NCBI GenBank assembly: GCA_964016885.1 | Contig: OZ024743.1 | Span: forward strand, 182,466,001 to 182,530,000 | Reading direction: 5' to 3' | From: Eledone cirrhosa | Taxonomy: Eukaryota | Length of the DNA stretch: 64,000 nucleotides | Part shown: piece after piece, positions 53,147 through 64,000 of the stretch | Layout: every line of letters begins with the position of its first letter | Numbering within the stretch: the stretch's first letter is position 1 | Translations under genes and position numbers: made by a program | The notes under the pieces: model-generated | What the model saw: the letters and a program-made list of their open reading frames with translations, nothing else | Databases searched by the model: none | Told to the model about the DNA's origin: nothing

Positions 53147-53345
53147 TGAAAATGATTGTGTACAGTGCTCAGGTGCACTACAACTCATCAAAGGGGGGGG
53201 GGGGGGGGATATTAGGTGTAGTGTTGGCGAATCTCAGGAAGCATGGAGGTTTTAAAGGATGCAGTGTCTCGACAGCTAAGAACTGATGCAGGGAGTTTGT
53301 TCCATGCTTCAGTAACTCTGAGCATGAAAAAATGTTTCCGAAAAT
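53113..53345 (-). mobile_element. 3' end of the CR1-like LINE
   Basis: Reverse complement of 42950-43237 with an internal G-run replacing part of the UTR. Confidence 0.88.
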
Positions 53346-53729
53346 CAATGCTAATGGGCTAAAGAAAGGAAAAAATTGTTAATGCCAATAAAACGTGTTA
53401 ACCAAAGCAGTTGGTCAAAAAATTCCCAGTGGAATTAATAGAAATGAAAAAAAATATTTCTGGAGAACGACAACCAGAATCTGTGGTGATGAAGTGTAAA
53501 TAAATTTACACACACACAAGAATTGTCTTTGGCAGGCATTGAGTAAAATTTTTTTTTTTTTAAATCAAATGGATATGGAGGTGCAGCAGAGTGAAATATG
53601 AATCAAAAGGGTTATAGGTGAAAAACAAAGTTGAAAATAAGCGAGATAGACGAGAAACGAAAACTCAATACATGGGAGATTACTCATTTTGTTTTAAATA
53701 CATCAATTTAAAGGGAGATAATATTTATT

Positions 53730-53870
53730 CAGGCCACGAATTGGCAGTCGATAGAATGCTTTGTAGTAATCGTTTCTGCTCTCTGAGTTCAAATCCCAAC
53801 GAGATCAACTTTGCCTTTCATCCATTCAAGGTCGATAAAAAAGTACCAGTCTAGTACTGGGGTCGACCCT
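53730..53870 (+). mobile_element. tRNA-derived SINE copy
   Basis: gagttcaaatccc..caactttgcctttcatcc..ggtcgataaa..agtaccag. Confidence 0.75.
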
Positions 53871-56671
53871 TCCTCTACATCTCTTTCTCACTCCCATTCT
53901 CTCTCTCTATCCTTCCCTGGAAGAAATCTGCTATATTCAAACCTAGAGAGATGGGCTCTGTCAGGTTTAAAAAATGCCCTAGAAACGCCGTGTGTTAATA
54001 CAGCACCCTTACGACTCCCCCAGGAATTTCGGGACCATGTATGCAATATTTGTTCAAACTGTTTTACGATTCAAAATAAAATATATCCACGATGAAAATT
54101 TATTTAACCATTCGGATATTGGGAACTTTCTGTGTACTTAAACCATATGGAGATTTTGAGCATTGTATCGACACATGTACCCTTAACATCTCACCGAGAT
54201 TCAGCCAGTAATAAAGGTTGGACCTTTGAATTACATGTATGTTCATTCAATGGATTTCCAAACAGTTTTCATCCACCCAATTTCCCTCACAAGCCTTGGG
54301 TCAACCCAAATGACATTTACACACGAACTAATGATTGTGAAGTGAACTTCTTAAACATTCTGCTATGCTGTAAAAAACTTGAAAATAATTTTAATAGTTT
54401 TATCAAAGTCATATTGCTAATATCAAAATATCTCCAGTAAACATCCAGTTTCCTACGTAATTTGATAGGGAAAACAAGTGTTCTCATTTAAATCTAATTT
54501 GATATTTAAATATCAATCAAATATCTTTAATATATCTCACAACCGATGGTAAATTGGTAGATGTGTTAGAATGACAAATAGAATGTTTTACAGTTTTATT
54601 CTGACTTTCTGTACTCTGAGTTTAAATCCAGCAAAGGCCAACATTATCTTTCATCCTTTTGGTGTCAATAGATAAAATACTGGATGATTGGGGCTCTCTA
54701 TCTCTCTCACACACACACACAGTGACAAAAATGTCCTGCATGCTATCACCCCAAAGTCTGTTCATTGCAAACATGTAGGCTTGTGTTGAACAATTGCTAT
54801 ATTACATGTAAGACAGATCAGCTGGGTTTATAGTGAAAATTTTATGGCCATCTTTCTTTAGAAGGGAAACACAGTAAGTCCTCCTGTCTGATAGCTGAGG
54901 CTAAGGAAACTGTCTGGTTGACATATCTAAAAGGAAACCAGGAATTTTCTTGTCTGGTCAAGCCCTTATCAACTTCTTTAAGTACCATTTGAGGAGAAAG
55001 ACAATGGTAGAGAAAGAGGTGCTGACTTTTAGTGTGTTTTATGAAAGTTACTTTTGGGTCTTGAATAACCCCTCAACACCCACACCACATTAAATTTTGC
55101 TAATCTATCTCTGATGAAATTTTATTTTAAGTGGTAGCATTCCTGTGACAATTAATTTTCTTTAGACATTAGAAAACATTATACGTGACAAGAAAAATAC
55201 ATTACTAGAAATCCCATATGTTATAAAATAAATATGTAAACTAAATGACTAATTCTGGTTTTTGAAAACAACCTAGAAAAATTACTGATTCCCCCACCCC
55301 TCCATTATTTAGGATCCATTAGATAAAAACAAATTTTTTTTTCAAACAGAAATATGAAAAAGACAAATTATTCACCTTAGTGCCACTTCCAATTAATTAT
55401 AACGAACTAAGTTCGCACTATATACAAATGAGCATATCTAGCAAATGTTTATCACACAAAATCTTTATAAACTCTAGTCCATTTTCATCTCAGTTCCGGT
55501 TGAGTGGATGTCACTGATGAAACAGCTCTCAGGCATTCTCAACAGCTACTAATGAGATATCTGTAACAGTTGTCTGGCATTCTCAATGGCTACTAATGAG
55601 ATATCTGTGACGTATTCAAAGAACAAAAGAGAAAAGCAATTATTTTGTTTTTGATAGTGAAGCTCTCATGTACTTTTTATATAAAAATCTATTGTATATG
55701 CTTCATATATAAATATATATAAATTTAATGGATATGTTTCATACATCCACCCCACCCCAATTATGAACAACGCTGTCTTAGTGCCACTACCAATTAAAGT
55801 TGATTTCATCAGGATGGAATTTCAAAGAACAGAACTCCAACACAATCACTGTAAGATATTCTATCAAATGTTTTAAGAACTTCAATTCAATTACTGGAAT
55901 TCTAAATCATTGGAAGTAAAGAGTGTTTATATTGACCATGTGTGTGTGTGTGGGGGGGGGGGGGGGGGGCATGTGTAGTGTGTGTACATGTATTGATGTA
56001 TATGTGTATGAAGTATAATGGGAGAGGTGATTACATCATTCTAGTAAGATATACCATTAAGAATATATTGAGAGAGAGGCTTTGTGAGAGAGTGAGAGAG
56101 GGTGTACCCCGGTGAGAGAGAGAGAGTGTGTGTGTTCTTGTGGGAGAGAATAAAAGGACCAGAGTGTGCCCTTGAGAGAGAGACAGTGTGTTTGGGAGGG
56201 AAAGGGAGAGGAGATATGAAACATAACTACATCAAAGTCAAGTACATCACCACCATGTGTGTATATGTATGTGTGTGTGTGTATGAGTGAGGCAAGTGAT
56301 AGGTGAGATATTTTAATATGAAACAATAACTTAAGTCTGTTGCATCGTTATTAGAGAGAGAGGGAGTGTGAGTGTGCGTTTGTGAGTGTGAGAGAGAGAG
56401 AGTGTGTGTGTGTGTGTATGTGCTACATATTTAGAAATAAATGGTGTATATGTATGTATACATGTGTGCGTGTATGTATGATAGACTGAACCATTCATTA
56501 AAGTCAAAAGCCTTATGTAGGTTATATAAAACCTTCTTAAAAGTACATGTTACTCTACAAACTGTTAGTGTTTTGCTTGGAAGAATTCCTGACAGAAAAT
56601 TCTAGATTTCTATATGAAGAAGCATAGCAACATGTCTCTCTCTCTCTCTATATATATATATATAGATATAG

Positions 56672-58705
56672 ATATATTTCTTTATTTGCCACAGGGGCGT
56701 ACAAAAATGGGACATTATAAGACGTGACAGCGGGGGTTTTACATAAAATCTTTAACAATGATAAACTATATAAAAATAAAACAATTGAAATCCCCATTAG
56801 GGGGGAGGGGGTTACGCAACACCAGGAACACATTTTGTAGATGTTCCCGTCTTCCCTCTGTTTATCTTCCTCAACCTACAGGTTTATATACAGAGAAGGC
56901 CCATTCACCCGGGCCATTTTCACCACATTTACCCACCTTTCAGTGAATTTACTGGGGTATAGCACCTCTCTCTCCACTCTCACCTTCCTTCTGAAGTGGT
57001 ACTTAAAGAAGGGGATGAATTGTTGTCCGGAGAGAAAGGTGCTTGCCCTCAATCCTTTTAACCTTGTCCACCATATTACACCTTTCGCCATAGCTACCAG
57101 ACAGAGGAAGACCGCCCCTCCTTCATTCTTAAATGAAGGCGGCTGGGTGATCTTCACGATGGACTCGGCTGACAAATGGATGCGTCCTACACGTGACAGT
57201 AGCTGTTCGACATAATTCCACAGGTCATTCACCCCTGGGCACTGAACAATTGCGTGCAGAACGGTTTCGATGTCCTGCTCGCATCTTGGACAGGTCCTTT
57301 TGGCAGGATCTCTGCCAGGGCGTCCGTGCCTGTAAATTTTGTCTCAAACTGGTAGAGCTCCTCGGTAGCACTGCCAGGCCAGAGACCTCTGGAAGTTATT
57401 CATAGGCCCTGGACGGAAAGTCCTCCCGAACAGACTGGTCTTCCGTGATGCCTAAAGTTACCCTGAGAACGTCGTCGCACTTATCCTACACAAATCCCCT
57501 ATAGAATGTCGAAGTGGAGTCTCCGCTGATTGTCGTTTCCGCTTGGTAGAGGACTGTGAGCGCCTAAAGGCACTCGAGGTGCCAGGCGCCCATTTTCAGT
57601 TTTCGCTTGACTTAGGACTGCAGCTCTGTTAGTGAGACGAGTTGTGGAAGAGCTCGTCTCACAAACGACAGCCTCACCGGTTCGCCAGTCAGGAACACCT
57701 GGAGATGGCGTAGCCTCAGTGCGTGTTTGTGCATCATCAGCCACAGCATGCCCAGCCCCCCGTTAGAAGGGTGTTGACAGCAGATGGATCTCCTCACCAA
57801 TGGAGCCTGTTTCTTCCAGAGAAACTTGAAAAGTAGGCGTTCCATTTTGGTGAGGTATTCGCGGGGACAAGGCACGACTGTCAAGCGGTAGTAGATGACG
57901 GACGCTATGTAAGTGTTCGCCACCTCTGCTTGACCTTTCAAGGAGAGTTTGCACTCAGCCCACTTCTGGGTGAGTGCAAACACCTTCGCCATGACCTCGT
58001 TCCAGTTCTTGTCCACCTGGAGGTCTGGACCAAACCAGACCCCGAGCAATTTCCCGTCCTTCCGTCCAGCGTCCAACAACACTGTCGGAAGGCATGGGTT
58101 TGCCTCTCCATGTGCCGAGTCGCAAACCGACAGACTTGTTTGGGTTTAGTCTTGCTCCTGTCAACGTTTCGTATTCCTATAATAGGTTGCCGATTACCCC
58201 GATGTCCGAGGTTTCGACACCATTACGGTTATGTCGTCGGCATAGACCGACGCTGCTTTCCGCAGTTCTGGTTCGATTGGGATGCCCTGCAACAACTCCA
58301 AATTACACAGTAATGGCTCGAGAGTCAGTACATACAGAATGGAGGAGAGAGGGCACTCCTGACAGATGGAACGCATGATTTGGAATGGCTCCGACAGGTA
58401 GCCATTCACCTTGACTGCTGAGCAGATGCTGGTGTACATGGTAGCGATCCAGCTTCTGAAGACGGGACCGAAGCCGGCCGCCTTGAGGACCGCTTCCAAG
58501 TATTGATGGTCGACCCTATCAAATGCCTTAGACTGATCTAAATTGATCAGAGCCCCACCGAAGCCAGGTTTACATGCTACTCTTTCTATGATGTATCACA
58601 TGAGGTGGAGGTTGTCGTATATGGACCTGGTTGGGATTGCACATGTTTGCGCTTCCCCTACCAGGTTCTCTACAAGCCTTGCTGCTAACACCTTGGCCAA
58701 AATCT
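56672..58705 (-). mobile_element. Tx1/L1-group LINE, 5'-truncated and decayed (RT and C-terminal region)
   Basis: INLDQSKAFDRVDH, CQECPLS, YADDIT, LLGVWFG, LFKFLW and GGLG motifs across frameshifted ORFs. 3' end gcaaataaagaaa lies in a (TA)/(CT) microsatellite. Confidence 0.92.
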
Positions 58706-58754
58706 GCCTACAGAACTGGGAATGCTCCCGTTCTGCTGCCAGTTGCAGTAGACC

Positions 58755-59160
58755 ACTTCAATCTACTCTCTCACAACCACTATATATATATATATGTACA
58801 TATATAGTGTGTTTGTATGTGTGTGTATCTATCTATCTATATCAATAGAGAGAGAAAGAGATAGTGGTCATGTGAGAGTAGATTGAAAGAGAGGCATGTC
58901 TGTGAATTTTAATTATTTAGAAATTATTTTTAAGGAAACGTGATTTTTAAAAAGCATTTTTAAGTGAACGTGACCCAACGGGTCATGGGTGGTCTAGTAT
59001 ATATATATATATATATACATACACTAAGCCTCCAATGACCCGTTCACTTTAAAATATTTTTTTTTTAATTATCTTCACTTAAAAATAATTTCTAAATAAT
59101 TAAAATATTCAGACATGTCTCTCTCTCTCGACCATTATCTAGTTCTCTCTCTCTATTTAT
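58755..59160. mobile_element. Two related Helentron-like non-autonomous elements in inverted orientation
   Basis: 58890-58998 is the approximate reverse complement of 59022-59128. An additional inverted pair, 58756-58782 / 58861-58889, flanks a microsatellite. Confidence 0.6.
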
Positions 59161-59751
59161 GAAGGTACCAAGAAAAACCCCGTATCCCGGGAACCCATGC
59201 TCTGAATTACGTGAAATTTGTTTTATTCCACTTGTATTCCCATTTCAGGGGCAATTTCCTTTCAAAGTATTTTCCTATTATGCACCCTCTTGGCTGTATT
59301 ACATTACAGACAAGCAAGCAATCACAGAGTTTTAGTATTATATATATATATATATGTATACACACATAGATATACAAATATTTACATATATACATACATA
59401 TATATATATATACACATATATACTTATATATATATATGATTTATGTTAAGCTGTTTACCAATGAGTAGAATCGGGGATTCTCTGATCAATACACCACCAC
59501 ATTTGCAGGATATCCCCAAATCAAATTGGTCCACTAATTTCTAGTTTTCTATCTCCTATCTTCTATTCTATGTTTGGCTTCAACATAATCCTGTTACATA
59601 ATTCTACAAATGACACCTGATGAAATCACCTAGTCTTACATCATAATCAGATGATAGAGCGAGGCCATTGAAATATGTATGGAGGTTTTGCAGAATTAAC
59701 ATTCTAATGTAAATTTTCCAGTCCGGCCTTCTTCTGTTGCTTTAATGTGTA

Positions 59752-59782
<31 letters not shown>

Positions 59783-60339
59783 CAGAATAGAATCAGTTTT
59801 AAACTAGTTAGACCATTACTCAACAGAGTACTCGATACTTGGGATAGTAGAGAATGGCTGTATTAGAAAGAGTCAGGACCTGACGGCTGAGCTCTTGTTT
59901 CAACAGCTAGTTATATATACATACTAGCAGAGGTACCCGGCGTTGCTCGGGTATTAAATAGCAGTTATGTATACCATTTATGTCAATACTTCAGTGCTGC
60001 TTCGAAAACTATACTTTTACTATACTTATATAACATTGAAGTAGAAGTCAGTAGGTTAGAATTTACCTGTTATTCATTATTATATGTATTTCAATAACTG
60101 TTATGTAACAGTTATGACATCATCAGACAGCTATTATATGAACAGAAAGTTACATGAAGAAAATGACATGAAGAAAAATAAAAATTACTCGTGCTGTTTC
60201 AATTCAATGATATGTCAAGGGTTGATATGTCAAATGTTGCTGTCTCAAAGTCCTGCTGACGTTAACAGCTAATGACTGATACTGTGGGGACGTGGTGAGG
60301 ATGACTGTTAGGGATTGCTATTGGAAAAGGAATGGGACA

Positions 60340-60900
60340 TGGGGTCACATTGTATGCTGTTGGCCAGGCCTCTACCATCACAATAGTACCATCCATCGCA
60401 TTTCTTTGTCATCTCTGTTGTAAGGTTTAGATTTTTAAAGCCAGTCTTCACTCCATCATCCTAAGTCTGCTTTTTCCATGAAGTTTCTCTGTAGTTCTTT
60501 ATGCAGCTGCTATCTTCCATGCACATCATATGTCCATACCAACAGTCTTCTCACACTGTAATCTAATTCCTCTTATTCTATGTCACTCACATACACTAAC
60601 ATTATACATCCATTGGAACATACTTGATTTGTTTCTTTCTAGCCTCTGCCTGTCTTCTCTTGTCAAGGCCCATGCTTCATTTGATATCTGCTTTTAGTGC
60701 CCACTTCTCCTGCACATTTGCCACATACAAAGTCTATATTTTCCATTAGCCTGTCTGCAATCCCACTACATCTCTTCAGTATCCATAAATGACACTATAT
60801 GCAAATTATGGAGTTCCTACCCACCAGCGAACCATGGAAATTCACTGCCAAGACGGATATATATCTAAACACTTTCCATCATAGGTGCCTGCATAAGATT
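60340..60900 (-). mobile_element. Highly decayed RTE 3' fragment
   Basis: Minus strand gives RL..YGHMM.ME.S-like, RLERN..SM..WM-like and zinc-finger remnants. Similar relics at 29100-29460, 30610-30790 and 63420-63680. Confidence 0.6.
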
Positions 60901-62424
60901 CTAAAGATCACCTGGTAAAATCGGGTTAGGAATGAAGAGATTCTGCACAGAGCAGGGTCCCTTACACTGTAGATCATCATGGAGCACCAGTTCCGTTTCG
61001 TGAGCCACATTCAGCGTCTCCTAGCACGGAGGTCAAAGAGCTGCCACTGACCGACAGTGCTAGAGACAATTGGTTGTCTTATGTTCCCGACGGAACAAGC
61101 TGGACTAAAAGGTCATAGCTATTCCTTTGGATGCTTCAGATCATGAGATGATAATAGTGACTCAACAACATCAATTGAATGAGACCAATAGTGGACAATT
61201 GAGAAATCAATGTTGTCATTAAATTTGAAAACATTTTAGTAACACTAGCTACATTAATGGGCTTCCTGGTGGTGTCATTGTGTCTGGCAGGCCTTTCTTG
61301 TATGCTGTTGCTGATAGATTGAATGTTAAATGTGTTGAGGCTTGAGTCTAAAGTGGGTTGTCAGAGAGATGTAGGTATTTTTATGGTGCACATGTTGGTA
61401 TGAGGGTGGGGACAAGTACTCCATTATTTTGTACACTTTCCCCAACCACATCATGATTTTTTTCTAGTACACTAACAAGCTAGTACATAGAAGCTTCTTT
61501 GTTGGTCCATCATTCTACTAGTTAAACTAATGTGTGAAGTCAGTCTAAGTCAATGAAACACTTATCAAGATTGATGTGCTATAAACAGCAGTCAGTTGTT
61601 CCAATCATACAGTAGGTATCTACAACAAGATGAGAGGCTATTTCATTGACACAACACATTCATAGATAATATCTAACCAATGAGAGAGACACAAGTTGCG
61701 AGTTTTACTGTTTTCTCAATATTAGTTCCTAAAACTTCATTTTTACTGGGAAACATCTTGAGCTGGTTTATCTTACTTTTTACAGATGTAGTAATGTAGG
61801 AATTACTATTAGAGAAAAGTATATTTATGGAATAATACAGCCCACCTAGGACTTAATATATATCAGTATTTAGTAAATACTGATAAGTAAATTGGCTTAT
61901 TACCAATTAATCAGCCTTGTCTTCTTGGCCAATACCAATTAATTGATTACCAATTATCTATAATGTAATATGTATTGATATGAAAATCATCATCATCATC
62001 ATCGTTTAACGTCCATGTTCCACGCTTGCATGGGTTTGTATATTATAATTAATTGTAATATATTTCTTCCTAATTCAACACAATTATATAGCTAATAATT
62101 GAGAGTATATTATAACAAAAATTGGTTATGCTCCAAAAATGGAGAAATTTTTATATTTTTATAGTTAATTTGATCACTGGTGTCAACATTACAACTGGAA
62201 CATTTCCAAATATGTTTAAATAAATATATAATTAGAATATTTACTGTTTTTAAATAAATTTCTATATAAAAGATCAATCAAACATATATCCTCTTGGGTG
62301 AGGTCTCTCTTCAACCTTGACACCGTTTAATAAACTACATGGAGTTACACCACCCTGACAGTTCTAAGTATTTCCCAGTTCTGTAGATCTGTATTTAAGC
62401 ACTAGGTATAGAATTCTATTCTAA

Positions 62425-62625
62425 TTCAGAGTTTAGTGGTTAGAGAATTAGACTTATAATTCTAAGGTTGCGAGATTGATTCCTGGATCAAGCAATGCAT
62501 TATGTCCTTGAGCAAGACATTTTATTTCACGTTGACTGGTAGATAGTATTAGCAATGGAAAGACTTTTTCCTTAGTGTGATCTGATGAGTTCCACCCCAA
62601 TCGGTAAGTGAATGAAGTCTGGGAT
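62425..62625 (+). mobile_element. Second SINE family (tRNA head and CORE-like tgtccttgagcaagaca.ttta motif)
   Basis: tttagtggttaga A-box, B-box-like gattcc, CORE-like segment. Related copies at 8665-8815 and 30320-30530. Confidence 0.6.
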
Positions 62626-64000
62626 CTTCTCAACTGATTCTCTAAGGAGAGAAGCTGTATGAGAAGCCTAACTGAGCTAAACCAAAGTTAACAGAAAGTA
62701 GTTTGTAGGATCTACATTAACACATCTTGTCAAAAAATGTTCAAAGATATGAGAGATGGATGAAGCCTACAGGCATAAGATTTTGAGAGAAATATTTGCA
62801 GGCTTTGGAAATGTCAAGGCAACAAAATTGTCTTTGCTAGAATCTGAAGAGCAAGAAACCCCAGACAAGATAGGGTAGCATATCTTGGTTAGATGGAAAC
62901 TGTAGCAGAGGAAACTGAAGAGTGGAAAGAAACTTAAGGTGGCAAATACTGGAATTGATGGCTATAATTAGGTTTCACTAGGAATTTTTGAAAATATTTA
63001 AATCTAACTTTTGTATTTTTACTTGGAGAGCATCCAAAAAGAAACATTTTGATACCTCATTTGTGAAATTTAGATGAATATTTTAGGAAATATGACAATT
63101 TGAATGGTTAGCAAATTGGTTGAAATCTTGCCTAAATGAATAATTAGCCATATTTGTGATGTCATATTTTTGAAACTAAGGTGATAATCATCTTCAAATT
63201 ACACAAATTAATAGTGTCTATGGGATAGCAGTTGCCTATTTCGTTTCAGGTTCTTGAAAATTAAACTTTTTTCGGAATTTAAAAATATTTATGTAAAGTA
63301 AAAGTCACAAGTTGACACACATCTGCCAACGTTTTTAATTGTAATTTTGTTACCTTACATCTATTTTCTTTATATTGCAATCGATGATATGAGTTTGAAT
63401 TCAAAATATATACCACATACATCAGTACAGAATCTCTCCACTTGCCGCAATCCTTTGTCATCTTTGTTTCGAGTTTCATTGATTTGAGATCTGCTCTCAC
63501 CTCTGCCAGGTTCCTCTACTGCAGCTTCTTCCCACTGGAATTTCTTGGCACTACTTCATCCAGCAATCATCATCCATGTGCATCACATGTTCATACCAAC
63601 AGTCTTGCCTATTACACACTACTTCTGATTCCTCTTAAACCCAGTTTTTCTCTCAGTCCATCTAAGCTCAGTCGTTCTCCTTGATAAACTACTATTAAAT
63701 AGGATTAGAATTTGGTTTTGTTGATCAGAATTTTGGAGCATGCCAAATTATATATCTTTCTCAAGAGCATACTAACCTTTTCACTACCAAATTTCTTATG
63801 AAATACACTGCTTCTATACTTTAATTAATTTTCTTTACCAATTTATTCCTGAGTGGGTCATGGGGCCAAAGTCAAAACATTTTGAAAATAAAAAGTTTAT
63901 TTAGTAAAATAACTAGCTTTTTCATTAAGCTGGTGTTCGGAGCCTAACAAGTTCTTACATAAAAACATTTCATTATAATTTTATGTATGAACAGTTTTAA

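Noticed and set aside
62575-62630. ctgatgag as a hammerhead core (also ctgatgaa at ~59616)
   Set aside because: No convincing stem II followed by GAAA and no closing stem I.
52040-64000. Penultimate SLC25A32 exon (TYPYQV.R.RLQ)
   Set aside because: Not found by eye; the intron apparently extends beyond the window.

Overview
This is AT-rich, microsatellite- and transposon-dense eukaryotic DNA, not prokaryotic. The repeat inventory (tRNA-head SINEs with (ATT)n tails, RTE LINEs with (GAT)n tails) suggests a coleoid cephalopod, probably an octopod (inference). Two convergent host genes are present. On the + strand are seven coding exons of an ITPK1-like inositol-tetrakisphosphate 1-kinase (7543-34585), all with GT-AG introns and consistent phases; its N-terminal exons were not found and probably lie upstream. 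On the - strand is the last coding exon of an SLC25A32-like mitochondrial folate/FAD carrier (52039-51838). The rest is mobile DNA and tandem repeats: RTE, CR1-like and Tx1/L1-like LINEs, two DD37D (maT) Tc1/mariner relics, hAT/piggyBac/foldback MITEs, Helentron-like non-autonomous elements, SINEs and minisatellites. I cannot claim a new system outright. The best leads are: (i) unrelated minisatellites next to five of seven ITPK1 exons, one visibly derived from a LINE truncation junction; (ii) a head-to-tail chain of about 12 SINEs directly after the ITPK1 stop; (iii) minimal hammerhead-ribozyme motifs of the Penelope/retrozyme type; (iv) an RTE family with a PHD finger inside the RT region and an RTE-5'UTR-like module in its 3'UTR; (v) an RTE copy with twin-priming-type inversion geometry; (vi) a ~1 kb intronic foldback. 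Exon boundaries were read by hand; repeat boundaries are approximate.
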